Origin: Candidatus Sumerlaeia bacterium
GTDB lineage: Bacteria > Sumerlaeota > Sumerlaeia > JABWBI01
Direction of reading: 5' to 3'
Length of the DNA: 57,133 nucleotides
NCBI GenBank assembly: GCA_013360565.1
Contig: JABWBI010000001.1
Location: 1-57,133, forward strand
Part shown: positions 26,488-38,297 of the stretch, piece by piece
How the letters are laid out: each line of letters opens with the position of its first letter
How positions within the stretch are numbered: position 1 is the stretch's first letter
Notes under the pieces: model-generated
What the model saw: only the letters and a program-made list of their open reading frames with translations
Databases searched by the model: none
Told to the model about the DNA's origin: nothing
Program-made: the position numbers and the translations under genes

Positions 26488-26698
26488 TGGTCCTTGGGTA
26501 GCTCTGGTCTCGGCGGCCTGCCTCTGACGGCTGGCCGGGGGTTGCGTGCTGGGAGGCCACCCAGGCACGCGGGAGAGGGGCACTCCTGCTGTGGGGAGAA
26601 CTCCGTCCCCTCAGCACTTTCCCAGTGACCGTCCTCCTTGAACCCACGACGCGTACGTGGCGCAGCCGTGCCCGCGCTCATGACGAGGTGAGCCGCAG

Positions 26699-28279
26699 AT
26701 GAACCTGACTGCCCCCTGCAGACACGCCTCCTGCGCCAAATCGGCGCCCCCCTGGCGCTCGGCCATGCCGGCCCCGGGCCTCCCCAACGGCGGGATGCGC
26801 ACGTGGGCCGGCGGAGCCACCGAGTCGCCGGTCGCGAACCTCGAAGCCCCGCCGGACCTCATCCTTCACGCCGTTCGCCGGATGACCTTTGGCCACACCG
26901 ACGAGGAGTACAACCGGGCCGCCCAGATGGGATTCCCGGCCTACGTGATGGAGCAGACGATTCCTCACATCCTGGACGACTCGGCCTGCGAGGCGGTCAT
27001 GGCCTCGCTCGGCCATGAGACGCAGGGTCTGGGCCTCGCTCAGCTCTGGCCCTACCGGAATTTCTCCTTCCCGCGTCAGTACTACCCCCTCGACGAGGTC
27101 ATCGAAGAGACGCACATCCGCCAAGTCCACTCGCGCCGTCAGCTCTTCGAGGTGATGGTCGACTTCTGGCACAATCACTTCAACGTCCGGGCGGGGAGCT
27201 TCCCCATCTTCGCCGTCTGGCGCTCCTACGACCGCGACGTCATCCGCCAGTTCGCCATGAAGAACTTCCGCGTGCTGCTCGAGTGGGTGGGGTCGCACAC
27301 GGCTATGCTCTACTACCTCGACAATTACCTCTCGACGAGCGGCGGTCCCAACGAGAACTACGCGCGGGAGCTCTTCGAGCTCCATGCCATGGGGGCAGAG
27401 CATTACCTTGTCCCCGGCGGCTACTCCGACGAGGACGTCTATGAGGCCGCACGCTGCTTCACCGGCTGGTCGGTGAACAACTCCAACTCGACGGGCAACA
27501 ACGGGACCTTCCTCTACAAGGAGCAGAACCACGATCGCTTCCAGAAGCGGGTCCTCGGGTACGACATCGCCCGCGACAACCCGCCCCTGGCCGATGGCCG
27601 CATCGTCTATGACCTGCTCGCCTCCCATCCCCTCGTGCACCGGCACATCGCGCGGAAGCTCTGCCAGCGCTTCATCGCGGACGATCCCCCGGCCTCGATC
27701 ATCGACAGCACGGCCGCGGTGTTCGGGACCCATGTCGCCCACGAGTGGCAGATCACGATCACCCTTCAGCACATCTTCAACTCGACCGAGTTCGCCAATT
27801 CCTGGCACGGCAAGGTGCGCCGTCCCGTGGACTTCCTCATGGCCGCCATCCGCGCCATGGGAGGGACGTTCCGCTGGAACGATGACTGGGAGTGGAACAC
27901 CGGCCCTCTCAACCAGGAGCTCTTCAACTGGCCCACCCCCGACGGCTACCCCGATGACGCCGCCTCTTGGATCGGCACCAACGGGATGCTCTACCGGTGG
28001 AACATCGTCAGCGACATGGCGGTCGGATCGATTCAGGCCGTGTCCGTCGACCTGCGGGCCCAGACGCCTGCCGAGCTCGTCACACCGAACCAGCTGGTCG
28101 ACTTCTGGGTTCACCGGACGCTTCGCCACGCCGTCCCTCCTCATGTCCGTCAGGCACTCGTCGAGTTTGTCGCGGAGGGGCGGAATCCCGATCTCGCGCT
28201 CCCCTCGTCGACCCGGAACGCGAAGATCCCCAGTCTCGTCGCGCTGATCCTGTCGTCGCCCGAGTTCCAGTATCGCTGA
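26699..28279 (+). CDS. DUF1800 domain-containing protein
   Basis: Motifs FEVMVDFWHNHFNV, MLYYLDNYLSTSGGPNENYARELFELHAMG, CFTGWS are typical DUF1800 blocks. The start is uncertain because several in-frame ATGs occur in the first 35 codons. Confidence 0.85.
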   Translation: MNLTAPCRHASCAKSAPPWRSAMPAPGLPNGGMRTWAGGATESPVANLEAPPDLILHAVRRMTFGHTDEEYNRAAQMGFPAYVMEQTIPHILDDSACEAVMASLGHETQGLGLAQLWPYRNFSFPRQYYPLDEVIEETHIRQVHSRRQLFEVMVDFWHNHFNVRAGSFPIFAVWRSYDRDVIRQFAMKNFRVLLEWVGSHTAMLYYLDNYLSTSGGPNENYARELFELHAMGAEHYLVPGGYSDEDVYEAARCFTGWSVNNSNSTGNNGTFLYKEQNHDRFQKRVLGYDIARDNPPLADGRIVYDLLASHPLVHRHIARKLCQRFIADDPPASIIDSTAAVFGTHVAHEWQITITLQHIFNSTEFANSWHGKVRRPVDFLMAAIRAMGGTFRWNDDWEWNTGPLNQELFNWPTPDGYPDDAASWIGTNGMLYRWNIVSDMAVGSIQAVSVDLRAQTPAELVTPNQLVDFWVHRTLRHAVPPHVRQALVEFVAEGRNPDLALPSSTRNAKIPSLVALILSSPEFQYR

Positions 28280-28318
28280 GGCCCTTCGGCCCCCACTTCG
28301 CAAGAAGGAGCATCGCCC

Positions 28319-29590
28319 ATGAACCCCCTGATGAGCCGCCGCCGCTTCCTGGCAAGCTCTTCGAGCGCGCTGGCCACCCTCAGCTACGCGGGCGCCCCGC
28401 AGCTGTTCTTCACTGATCCCGCAGACGCGGGCCTGCGAGATATTCTCATCGTCGTCTTTCTCCGGGGCGGCGCAGACACGCTCAATCTCGTCGTGCCTTT
28501 CAACGACCCCAACTACATCGCCAACCGGCCAGCGCTCAGGATCCCTCCGCCCGGTCAGACGAACGGGGCAATCGACCTCAATGGACAGTTCGGGCTTCAC
28601 CCGAACGCCCAGGGCCTCAAGAATCTCTACGACTTGGGGGACCTCGCCATTGTCAACGCCGTCGGGGTCATGGATGCCACGCGCTCCCACTTCGATGCCC
28701 AGGACTACCTGGAGAAGGGCGTTCCCGGTGACAAGTCCGTCCAGACGGGCTGGCTGAAGCGGCACCTTGACCGTGCCGGAACACCCGCCGTCATCCGTGG
28801 ACTCTCGGTCGGTTCATCGACTGCCACGGTCTTCGCGGGTGACATCTCGGCCATCTCGATGACGAACGCCTCGAGCTTCATCTACGATGGCGAGCCGTCG
28901 AGCCAGCAGAATCAGATGCGCCTCTGCGTCCGCCGCATGTACCAGGGCACCACTTGGCTCGAAGAGGTGGCCAATCAGGCGCTCGACACGTCCGACATCA
29001 TCGAGGCCTCCGCCGTGGGCACGTACAACCCCGAGAACGGCGCCGTCTATCCGAACACGACCTTCGCGAGCAACCTGCGCCTCGTCGCTCAGGTGGCGAA
29101 GCTCAACCTCGGCCTGCAGTGCGCCAACATCGACGTGGGAGGCGGGTGGGACACGCACGAGAACCAGGCCGGCACCTTCTCCAACTTGGTCTCGACGGTC
29201 TCTCAGGGCCTCGAGGCCTTCTGGACCGACATGACCGCGTGGCGGGACCGCATCACTCTCTGTGTGGTCACCGAGTTCGGCCGCCGCCTGCGCGAGAATG
29301 CCTCGATCGGGACCGATCATGGCCACGCCTGGGCGATGATGATCCTCTCCGGCGCGATTCAGGGCGGCCAGCTCTACGGGCAGTGGCCCGGCTTGGCCCT
29401 CGAGCAGCTCGACAACCGCACTGACCTCGCGATCACAACGGACTACCGGGCCGTGCTCGGAGAGATCCTCATCCAGCGCGTCGGCAATCCCGACGTCGGG
29501 TACGTGTTCCCCGGCGTCAACCTGGGGGAGGGCCTCGGTCTCTATGGGCCGCTGCCCTCACAGGAGCCAGCGGGAATCATGCTGCGCTGA
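28319..29590 (+). CDS. DUF1501 domain-containing protein (Tat-exported, sulfatase/phosphatase-superfamily-like)
   Basis: AAGGAG lies upstream of the ATG. Twin-arginine signal MSRRRFLASSSSALATL. Motifs VFLRGGADTLN, GGWDTHENQ, VVTEFGRRLRENASIGTDHGHA. Confidence 0.9.
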   Translation: MNPLMSRRRFLASSSSALATLSYAGAPQLFFTDPADAGLRDILIVVFLRGGADTLNLVVPFNDPNYIANRPALRIPPPGQTNGAIDLNGQFGLHPNAQGLKNLYDLGDLAIVNAVGVMDATRSHFDAQDYLEKGVPGDKSVQTGWLKRHLDRAGTPAVIRGLSVGSSTATVFAGDISAISMTNASSFIYDGEPSSQQNQMRLCVRRMYQGTTWLEEVANQALDTSDIIEASAVGTYNPENGAVYPNTTFASNLRLVAQVAKLNLGLQCANIDVGGGWDTHENQAGTFSNLVSTVSQGLEAFWTDMTAWRDRITLCVVTEFGRRLRENASIGTDHGHAWAMMILSGAIQGGQLYGQWPGLALEQLDNRTDLAITTDYRAVLGEILIQRVGNPDVGYVFPGVNLGEGLGLYGPLPSQEPAGIMLR

Positions 29591-29606
29591 CGCGCGGGCC
29601 AGACGG

Positions 29607-31097
29607 TCACTCCGTGTCGATCTGAGCGCGCTGCAGCTTGCCAGAGTAGTCGACGTAGACGCTCTTCCACTCGCTGAACATGTCGAGCACGACGTGGCTC
29701 GACTCGCGGTGGCCGTTTCCGGTCCCCTTGACACCGCCGAACGGCAGCTGGATCTCCGCGCCGATCGTCGGGGCATTGATGTAGGTGATCCCCGCCTCGA
29801 TGTCGCGGATGGCCTGGAAGGCCCGATTGACGTCCCGCGTGTAAACCGAGGACGACAGGCCGTAGTGCGATTGGTTGACGCGCTCGATCGCCTCTTCGAA
29901 GGATCCGGCAACCGTGATGCAGAGAACGGGCCCGAAGATCTCCTCCCAGAAGAGGCGATGCTTCGGGGTCACGCCGCCGAAGATCGTCGGCTCGATGAAC
30001 CAGCCCTTGGCGTGCTTTCCCTTGGTCAACGCCTTGCCCCCGCAGAGGAGCTCGAGCTTGTCCTCCTTCTTGCCGACCTGGATCAGGTCGAGGATTCCCT
30101 TCTGAGCCGACCGGCTGGCGACCGGCCCCATCTGCGTCTTCGGATCGAGCCCGTTGCCGACGCGGAGTGCCTTCGCGGCCTTCACAAGACGCCTGGTGAA
30201 CTCCTTCGCCACCCGGCGGTGCACGATCAGGCGCGAGGTGGCCGTGCAGCGCTGGCCCGACGTCCCGAAGGCTCCCCACAGCGCCCCCTCGAGGGCCATG
30301 TCCAGATCGGCGTCGTCCATCACCACCATGGCATTCTTGCCACCCATCTCCAGGCACAGCTTCTTGTTGAGCTTGCCGCAGAGCGATCCGATCTCTTTGC
30401 CGACGTCCGTGGACCCGGTGAACGAGATGGCCCGCACGTCCGGGTGCTCGATCAGCGGAGTGCCCACCTCGCGGCCGCTGCCGGTCACCACATTGAAGCA
30501 ACCCTCGGGGAGCCCAGCCTCGAGGAGAATCTCGCCGAAGCGGATCACTGTCTGAGGCGTGTCCGACGCCGGCTTGATGACGACCGTGTTCCCGCAGATC
30601 AGCGCCGGGAACGTCTTCCACGTGGGAATCGCCAGGGGGAAATTCCAGGGCGTGATCAGCCCGACGACTCCCAGCGGCATGCGGATGGAGAAGCCGGCCT
30701 TGTTGGTGAACTCACACGGCACAGTGTCGCCGAAGAGCCGCCGCCCCTCCCCCGCCATGTAGTAGGCCGTGTCGATGCCCTCCTGCACGTCCCCGCGGGT
30801 CTCGGCCAGAATCTTGCCCATCTCGCGCGTCTCGATCTTCGCCAGCTCCTCCTTGTGCCTCACCAGGAGATCGCCTGCGCGCTTGAGAATCTCGCCGCGC
30901 TTCGGTGCGGGGACGAGTCGCCACTTCTCGTAAGCCTTCTTCGCGGCCGCCACAGCGGCATTGACCTCTCTCTTCCCGGACTTGGGGTAGATGCCGACGA
31001 CCTCGTCAACGTTTGCCGGGTTGCGATTCTCGAACGTCCCGTGCGTCCCTTCGGTGATCCACTTGCCGCCGATCAGATTCCCAAACCTCTTGGCCAT
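29607..31097 (-). CDS. NAD(P)-dependent aldehyde dehydrogenase
   Basis: Motifs [40 protein letters not shown], the catalytic Cys in GQRCTATSR, and EEIFGPV. Confidence 0.92.
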   Translation of the reverse strand: MAKRFGNLIGGKWITEGTHGTFENRNPANVDEVVGIYPKSGKREVNAAVAAAKKAYEKWRLVPAPKRGEILKRAGDLLVRHKEELAKIETREMGKILAETRGDVQEGIDTAYYMAGEGRRLFGDTVPCEFTNKAGFSIRMPLGVVGLITPWNFPLAIPTWKTFPALICGNTVVIKPASDTPQTVIRFGEILLEAGLPEGCFNVVTGSGREVGTPLIEHPDVRAISFTGSTDVGKEIGSLCGKLNKKLCLEMGGKNAMVVMDDADLDMALEGALWGAFGTSGQRCTATSRLIVHRRVAKEFTRRLVKAAKALRVGNGLDPKTQMGPVASRSAQKGILDLIQVGKKEDKLELLCGGKALTKGKHAKGWFIEPTIFGGVTPKHRLFWEEIFGPVLCITVAGSFEEAIERVNQSHYGLSSSVYTRDVNRAFQAIRDIEAGITYINAPTIGAEIQLPFGGVKGTGNGHRESSHVVLDMFSEWKSVYVDYSGKLQRAQIDTE

Positions 31098-31238
31098 GTC
31101 AGCGCTCCCTCGTCATGGGCTGTTGGTCGTGCCTCTCGCCCCGGTCGACTGCGCGCGGGCGAGCCAAGGGGGTCATCTCTTGCAAACCCCCGAAAGCCGC
31201 GCGAACATACGGACCTCCCCTGTGGGCTGTCAACGCCA

Positions 31239-32705
31239 GTGCACACACTCCGAGGCGATCTCCGCGTCGATCCGCTGGTCCGGCGACTGGCCGCGCTCCT
31301 GCGCCGCGAGGAGTGGCTGCCGCGCGGGGCCTCGGCCATCGCAGCGGTCTCCGGAGGGGGGGACTCGGTGGCCCTCCTCCTTGTGCTCAGCGCTCTCGCC
31401 AGGGAGTTCTCCTGGCAGATCGAGGTCTTCCACGCGCATCACGGCCTGCGAGGTCAGGCCGCCGACAGCGCCGCGGGGCTGGTGCGCCGGCTCTCGGAGG
31501 CGATGCAGCTCCCTCTGCACCTCGTGAATCTGCACATCGAGAACCGGGCAGGCCGCTCCTTCGAGGAGGCCGCCCGCCACCACCGGCTCGAGGCACTCCG
31601 CTCCGTGGCCTCCGGGCGGGGCTTCACCCACGCCGTCCTCGGCCACACGCTCGACGACCTCGCGGAGACGGTGCTGCACCGCGCTCTCCGGGGGACAGGC
31701 TTGACAGGCTTGGCCGCGATGCGGCCCGTCGTCGAGCACGGCGGGCTTCGGCTGGTCCGCCCTCTGCTCGGCGAGACGCGGCAATCACTTCGCCTTTTCC
31801 TCCGGGATCACGGAGCCCGCTGGGATGAGGACGAGACGAACGAGCTCGAGACATCGGTGCGCAACCGCATTCGCCACCGGGTGCGTCCCCTTCTCGCCCG
31901 GGAGGTGAATGCACGGGCGGATGAGTCCCTGGCGCGGCTGGCTCTTCACGCCGCGCAGGACGATGCCCAGCTGGAGGCCGACGTCGACGCCGCGCTTGAG
32001 CGGCTGCACCTCGACCTGAGGACTGGCGAGCTGGACCTTGTCTCCCTCCGCACTCTGAGCCCATCCCTCCAGCGCCGCGCCCTCCGCCGCTGGATGATGA
32101 TCCACGCGGACTGCCCCCTGCCTCCGACCAGCCGTCAGGTCGAGGAGACCGTGGACAACATCCGCGCGAAGCGGCCGCCTCCGCGCTGGTCCTCCTTCCG
32201 TGGGCTGATCATCGGGATCCGGGCGCAGCGGCTCACTGTCTCACTTCCCGGCCGCCTGGAGCGGCGGCGCTGGCCTCAGATCACCGGGGGACCCGTGAAC
32301 GTCACGGAATCTTGCTCGGTGACGCTCCCGCACGGCTGGGTGCTCCACACTCGCGTGATCGCGACCGGCGAGCCGCTTCGCCTCCTCGCCGGTCAGCAGC
32401 GCCCCGGCGCGGTGGCGAATCGATTCCTGGCGTGCCTCGATGCCGATGCCCTTCGGGCTCCGCTTTGCCTCCGGGCAGGGGAACGCGGTGAGCGATTTCA
32501 TCCTTTCGGGCTCTCCTACACCAAGACGCTCCGTCACTTCCTCTCGGGAGAGCACATCCCCCGGTCGGTCAGGGAGCACCTGCCTGTCCTCGCCGACGCG
32601 GAGCGCATCGTCTGGGTGGCCGGATGCCGCATCGCCGAAGCGGTCCGGATCACGGCCTCGACACGCCGCATCCTGGAAGTCACAGTCGAGCCCCCCCGGG
32701 AATGA
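31239..32705 (+). CDS. tilS: tRNA(Ile)-lysidine synthase
   Basis: PP-loop AAVSGGGDSVALL, then HAHHGLRG and LGHTLDDLAETVLHRALRGTG. I take the GTG at 31239 as the first plausible start after the divergent ALDH gene. The 5' 565 codons of the track ORF 29544..32705 are antisense to ALDH and were rejected. Confidence 0.85.
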   Translation: MHTLRGDLRVDPLVRRLAALLRREEWLPRGASAIAAVSGGGDSVALLLVLSALAREFSWQIEVFHAHHGLRGQAADSAAGLVRRLSEAMQLPLHLVNLHIENRAGRSFEEAARHHRLEALRSVASGRGFTHAVLGHTLDDLAETVLHRALRGTGLTGLAAMRPVVEHGGLRLVRPLLGETRQSLRLFLRDHGARWDEDETNELETSVRNRIRHRVRPLLAREVNARADESLARLALHAAQDDAQLEADVDAALERLHLDLRTGELDLVSLRTLSPSLQRRALRRWMMIHADCPLPPTSRQVEETVDNIRAKRPPPRWSSFRGLIIGIRAQRLTVSLPGRLERRRWPQITGGPVNVTESCSVTLPHGWVLHTRVIATGEPLRLLAGQQRPGAVANRFLACLDADALRAPLCLRAGERGERFHPFGLSYTKTLRHFLSGEHIPRSVREHLPVLADAERIVWVAGCRIAEAVRITASTRRILEVTVEPPRE

Positions 32706-33535
32706 GACTCCTTCCGCTGCCCCAGATCCTCCCCTACCGGGATGCACATGACCCGTCGATCCGGGGGTGGGCCGTCGCTGGCTATGGCCACATCTCCCTC
32801 GCGTCACTACCATGGCACTTGAAGGAGGATGAGATCCGCGATGGCGTGAGGGGCGTCAAGGCGTCGTCGACGCGTCGCGTCCTCGCCTTCGAGGAGGACG
32901 TCTTCGGCGAGAGGCCCGCGAGACTCTATGCCAAGCGAAACCTGTCACGCTCGCTTGCGAAGTCACTGAGCTACCGGCTTCACCGCTCGAAGGGACGGCG
33001 GGAGTGGGAGGTGGGCTGGACGCTGCTGCGAAGAGGCTTCCTCACGGGGCGCCCCATCGTCGTCGCCGAACGGCGGCACTGGGGGCTTGTCGCGGAGAGC
33101 CACCTCGTGACCGAGGCGATTGCCGCCGATCGCACGCTGCTCGATCATCTCCGGCTGCTCGTCCGCGAGCGCGGTGTGAGCCCCGAACCGCTCTTCGCAC
33201 CCCTCGGGGCTTTTCTGCGCTCGTTGCACGGGGCCGGCTTCTATCACGACGATCTCTCGGCCGAGCACGTGTGGGTTCGGGATGGGGATCCCGAGCCACA
33301 GTTCGGGCTCATCGACCTCGATCAGTGCCGGTTCACGCGCCTGACGCGGTCCCGTGTGACCATGAACCTCTTCCAGCTCCTCCGCTCCATTCCCAAGCGG
33401 CTGCTGTCGCCCGAGCAGCGCGAGGCGCTCTTGGCTGCATGCGTAGGAGACAACTGGCCCGAGCAGAGGGCGGCCGTCTTGGCTGGCATCCGTCGCATCG
33501 AAGCCGCCAAGGGAGCGCGGGACACCCTCGGCTGA
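32702..33535 (+). CDS. Lipopolysaccharide kinase (Kdo/WaaP)-family protein kinase-like protein
   Basis: ATGA overlap with the tilS stop (32702-32705). Motifs RLYAKRN, GFYHDDLSAEHVWV (HxDL catalytic loop) and GLIDLDQCRF (DxD). Confidence 0.65.
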   Translation: MRLLPLPQILPYRDAHDPSIRGWAVAGYGHISLASLPWHLKEDEIRDGVRGVKASSTRRVLAFEEDVFGERPARLYAKRNLSRSLAKSLSYRLHRSKGRREWEVGWTLLRRGFLTGRPIVVAERRHWGLVAESHLVTEAIAADRTLLDHLRLLVRERGVSPEPLFAPLGAFLRSLHGAGFYHDDLSAEHVWVRDGDPEPQFGLIDLDQCRFTRLTRSRVTMNLFQLLRSIPKRLLSPEQREALLAACVGDNWPEQRAAVLAGIRRIEAAKGARDTLG

Positions 33536-33589
33536 CATCGCCGGAGTCCCCCCTTGACCCGGGCCACGGGCGCGGGTCAATCTCCCCCC

Positions 33590-34513
33590 ATGCACATCCG
33601 CGACGTCTTCCACCGCGACCGCGTCACCTGCTCCTTCGAGTTCTTCCCTCCCAAGTCGGCTCAGGGGTTTCAGACGCTCTTCGAGTCGGTCCGCCAGCTC
33701 GAGTCGCTCAAGCCGTCCTTCGTCTCCGTCACCTACGGGGCCGGTGGATCCACCCGCGAGCAGACACACGATCTCGTCGTGCGCATCAAGCGGGAGACGG
33801 CGCTCGATCCGATCCCTCACCTCACCTGTGTCTGCCACAGCGAGCGCGACATCGCCCGGATTCTCGAGCGCTACGCGGAGGCCCGCGTCTCGAACATCTT
33901 GGCGCTCGGGGGCGATCCGCCGCGCGATCTGCCGGGTCACGGCCGGGCCATGGACGCCTTCCAGCACGCCAGCGATCTCGTCGCCTTCATCCGGCGGTTC
34001 AACGAGGGCGGGCGCCACGCTGATCCGCGCGGCTTCGGCATCGGCGTCGCCGGCTTTCCTGAGGGTCACCCGGCGACGCCGAATCGCCTGGTCGAGATGG
34101 ACCACCTGAAGGCGAAGGTCGACGCCGGCGCGGACTACATCTGCACGCAGCTCTTCTTCGACAACCGTGACTTCTACGACTTCCGCGACCGGTGCGAGCT
34201 GGCGGGCATCCAGGTGCCCATCGTTGCCGGGATCATGCCGATCACAGGGGAGTCCAACCTGCGACGCATGGCCGACCTGGCCGCAGGCGCCCACTTCCCC
34301 GCCCCGCTGCTGCGGGCCGTGGCCCGGTGTCAAGGGAACGATGAGGCCATCAAGTCGGTGGGCATTCACTGGGCAACCCAGCAGTGCTTCGACCTGCTCG
34401 ACCACGGCGTGCGCGGCCTCCACTTCTACACGCTCAATCGGAGCGATGCGACGGTCCAGATCTACCGCAATCTCGGCCTCCGCGACTCCGGAGTGCTCCG
34501 CCAGGCTGGCTGA
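33590..34513 (+). CDS. metF: 5,10-methylenetetrahydrofolate reductase
   Basis: Motifs SFEFFPPK, VSVTYGAGGSTR, HLTCV, ALGGDPP, GFPEGHP, TQLFFD. I start at the ATG at 33590. Confidence 0.92.
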   Translation: MHIRDVFHRDRVTCSFEFFPPKSAQGFQTLFESVRQLESLKPSFVSVTYGAGGSTREQTHDLVVRIKRETALDPIPHLTCVCHSERDIARILERYAEARVSNILALGGDPPRDLPGHGRAMDAFQHASDLVAFIRRFNEGGRHADPRGFGIGVAGFPEGHPATPNRLVEMDHLKAKVDAGADYICTQLFFDNRDFYDFRDRCELAGIQVPIVAGIMPITGESNLRRMADLAAGAHFPAPLLRAVARCQGNDEAIKSVGIHWATQQCFDLLDHGVRGLHFYTLNRSDATVQIYRNLGLRDSGVLRQAG

Positions 34514-35089
34514 TCAGACTCTGGGGGTCTTCGTCTTCGGGACGCGATTCTTCAGGACAGGTGCTGCATCGGACCCGCCGGCCGCCAAGAACCGGAGACA
34601 CTCCCTCATCATCGCCGGCAGATCCGGGGGAGTCCGGGAAGAGATCAGATTCCCGTCAACAACGACCTCCGCGTCCTCGTAGTGCCCCCCCGCGTTCACG
34701 AGGTCGGTTTTGATCGCGCTGACGCAGGTGAAACGCCGGCCACGCACGATGCCGGCCTCGGCGAACATCCACGGCCCGTGGCAGATCGAGGCCACCAGCT
34801 TGCCCCGCTCGAACAGCCGTCGCACGAGCTTCACCATCTTCCGGTTGCGCCGCATCTTGTCGGGGGCGTAGCCGCCCGGGATGATCACGCCGTCGAATTC
34901 CCTGGGCTCGACGTCATCGATGGCCGCGTCACTCACGAGCGGATAGCCGTGCTTGCTCCGATAGGTGACTCCCCGCTTGGGCCCGACCACCACGACCCGG
35001 TGATCAGCCTCTCGGAGACGGAGAATGGGATACCACGCCTCCAGGTCCTCGTAGACGTCTTCCGCCAGCACGGCGATCGGCTTTCGCAT
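34514..35089 (-). CDS. DJ-1/PfpI family protein (type 1 glutamine amidotransferase-like)
   Basis: ATG at 35089. Motifs FDGVIIPGGYAPD, the nucleophile elbow ASICHGPW, and VVDGNLISSRTPPDLP. Its stop abuts the metF stop (convergent genes with 0-nt spacer). Confidence 0.88.
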   Translation of the reverse strand: MRKPIAVLAEDVYEDLEAWYPILRLREADHRVVVVGPKRGVTYRSKHGYPLVSDAAIDDVEPREFDGVIIPGGYAPDKMRRNRKMVKLVRRLFERGKLVASICHGPWMFAEAGIVRGRRFTCVSAIKTDLVNAGGHYEDAEVVVDGNLISSRTPPDLPAMMRECLRFLAAGGSDAAPVLKNRVPKTKTPRV

Positions 35090-35194
35090 CGGCCTCACCT
35101 CCGGGAGATGATGCAGCCTGCCGGAATGCACTCTGCCCCCGCAAGCCCGAGTCCCCAGTTGCATTTCGATGACCAGTCGCTCAGGCTGCGCCCC

Positions 35195-37135
<1,941 letters not shown>

Positions 37136-37143
37136 GGCCCGCC

Positions 37144-37707
37144 GTGGCCCAGGATCATGCCGCCATCGCCCGTGCGGGCGCGCAGGCCGTTGCGGTCTGG
37201 CGACAGGATCACCCCGGCGAGACGTTCGAGCTCTACCGCGCTGAACTCCCGGGCGTGGATCTGAGCCGCGCCGATCTGCGTCACGCCGTGCTCAGCGTCG
37301 CCAATCTCGCGGGGGCGGACCTGCGCGATGCCGATCTCCGTGAGGCCAATCTGACGGCCGCCAATCTCTCCGGCGCCGATCTCTCCGGCGCCACGCTCAT
37401 GAACGCCGACCTCCCGAGCGCTCTCCTCACGCGGGCAACTCTGGTGGGCGCCGACCTCTCCGGCGCGGATCTCTCGATGGCCACCCTCTCAGGGGCCGAT
37501 CTCACGCGCGCCAACCTGACCCGCGCGCACATGACCGGGGCCGACCTCTCCGGCGCAGTCCTCGCCGAAGCCGACCTGACGGGCGCCGCGCTCCTCCACG
37601 CGGACCTCCCCGGGGCGGATCTGCGAGGAGCCACCATGGAGGGCGCGAACCTCCTCGAGGCGGATCTCCGCGGAGCGACGATGCCGTCAGGCCAGGCGCG
37701 GCCCTGA
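37144..37707 (+). CDS. Pentapeptide-repeat protein
   Basis: GTG at 37144, 8 nt after the glgB stop, with AAGGA upstream. About 28 consecutive A(D/N)LxG-type pentapeptides (ADLRDADLREANLTAANLSGADLSGATL...). Confidence 0.8.
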   Translation: MAQDHAAIARAGAQAVAVWRQDHPGETFELYRAELPGVDLSRADLRHAVLSVANLAGADLRDADLREANLTAANLSGADLSGATLMNADLPSALLTRATLVGADLSGADLSMATLSGADLTRANLTRAHMTGADLSGAVLAEADLTGAALLHADLPGADLRGATMEGANLLEADLRGATMPSGQARP

Positions 37708-37725
37708 ACAGGACTCCCGGTCGAA

Positions 37726-38118
37726 TCAGCCGAGGTCCGACGTGCACATCGGGCACCGCGTGGCCTTGATCGGAACGGCACCGCAGCACCTTGGGCACTC
37801 CTTTGTGGCGGGGGCCTCGGCCGGCGCGGGGCCGCGCATCCGATTCACCGCTTTGACCAGCAGGAAGACCGCCCAGGCCACGATGAGAAACGAGACGACG
37901 GCGTTGAGAAACGCGCCGTACCGAATCGAGACCCCCTCGGTGAGCGTCAGCTGAAACTCCGAGAAATCCACCTGCCCGAGCAGATAGCCCAGGGGCGGCA
38001 TGATCACGTCGTCGACCAGCGACTTCACGATGGTGGTGAAAGCCGAACCGATGATGATGCCCACCGCCATGTCGACGACGTTGCCGCGCGAGATGAACGT
38101 CTTGAACTCCTTGAGCAT
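37726..38118 (-). CDS. mscL: Large-conductance mechanosensitive channel with C-terminal CxxC...CxxC zinc-ribbon tail
   Basis: [31 protein letters not shown]...IMPPLG is canonical MscL. The tail reads [25 protein letters not shown]. Confidence 0.92.
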   Translation of the reverse strand: MLKEFKTFISRGNVVDMAVGIIIGSAFTTIVKSLVDDVIMPPLGYLLGQVDFSEFQLTLTEGVSIRYGAFLNAVVSFLIVAWAVFLLVKAVNRMRGPAPAEAPATKECPRCCGAVPIKATRCPMCTSDLG

Positions 38119-38297
38119 GGGAGGACCCTCCTTTTCCCGGACCTGATCAGGCCAGAGGTGACGTGACTTCGCAACAGTCGCGTTGCGCCTCTACTCACCG
38201 GCCAGTGTCTGCGGGGCTTGACAGTCGTGTGGACGACGCCACTCTCTCCGGCTTCGCCGAGGCCCAGGTGGGCCCCGGGGACATGGAGTGGTGAGGG

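Noticed and set aside
26678-28765. 695-aa minus-strand ORF, longer than the plus-strand genes it overlaps
   Set aside because: The plus-strand frames carry clear DUF1800 and DUF1501 motifs and a Tat signal. The minus-strand translation is Gly/Arg/Val/Asp-rich with no recognisable domain.
29544-31238. 5' two-thirds of the 1053-aa track ORF ending in tilS
   Set aside because: It is antisense to the aldehyde dehydrogenase gene. Only the C-terminal 488 codons, from the GTG at 31239, look like TilS.
32963-34423. 486-aa minus-strand ORF
   Set aside because: It is antisense to the Kdo-kinase-like gene and metF, and is a shadow ORF.
34682-35194. 5' extension of the glgB ORF
   Set aside because: It overlaps the DJ-1/PfpI gene on the opposite strand. 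GlgB homology begins at the ATG at 35195.
37250-37690. Short periodic DNA repeats (ggcgccgatctctcc-like units) that could be mistaken for a CRISPR or tandem array
   Set aside because: The periodicity is 15 nt and in frame. It simply encodes pentapeptide repeats. There are no unique spacers and no cas genes.
38218-38223. TTGACA hexamer in the mscL/MFS divergent spacer as a -35 element
   Set aside because: No acceptable -10 hexamer lies at 16-18 nt spacing on that strand, so the support is insufficient.
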